This document shows, piece by piece, positions 63,980 to 64,000 of a DNA stretch of 64,000 nt; position 1 is the first letter of the stretch, and every line of letters begins with the position of its first letter. The translations under genes were made by a program, and so were the position numbers. This DNA is from Octopus sinensis (Eukaryota): NCBI RefSeq assembly GCF_006345805.1, contig NW_021835690.1, positions 124,001 through 188,000 of the forward strand. The letters are read 5' to 3'. The notes under the pieces were generated by a model. The model saw nothing but the letters and a program-made list of their open reading frames with translations, was not told the DNA's origin and did not search any database.

Positions 63980-64000
63980 GGAGGGGCAATGGCCCAGTGG
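63980..64000 (+). mobile_element. Start of a SINE family A head
   Basis: ggaggggcaatggcccagtgg at the window end. Confidence 0.7.

Overview
AT-rich, repeat-dense eukaryotic DNA, most likely an octopod cephalopod (inferred from the tRNA-derived SINE families and the (TA)n/(CA)n/(GATA)n load). The only host gene I can support is the last five coding exons of a NOX2/gp91phox-type NADPH oxidase on the minus strand (63321 to 49791). They have canonical GT-AG junctions, consistent phases and one open frame ending ...FNKESF*. The rest is mostly transposable elements: at least five SINE families, RTE and CR1 LINE 3' ends, mariner, maT, hAT and Helitron remnants, and a Penelope-like retroelement (PLE). 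The most striking signal is a set of PLE terminal-repeat fragments inserted in (TA)n tracts. Several fold into 200-400 nt hairpins and carry minimal type I hammerhead ribozyme motifs. Two of these motifs are canonical (36944-36988 and 46730-46816). Others have unusual cores: a G3:C8 swap of the C3:G8 pair in a tandem pair at 24152 and 24503, and a recurrent U4C core at 30421, 34029, 31341 and 23506. Also notable are Trp losses in the NOX NADPH-binding domain, a CpG-depleted domain extending about 8-9 kb past the NOX stop, and head-to-tail SINE multimers with a shared junction. All structures were derived by eye; none was computed or tested.
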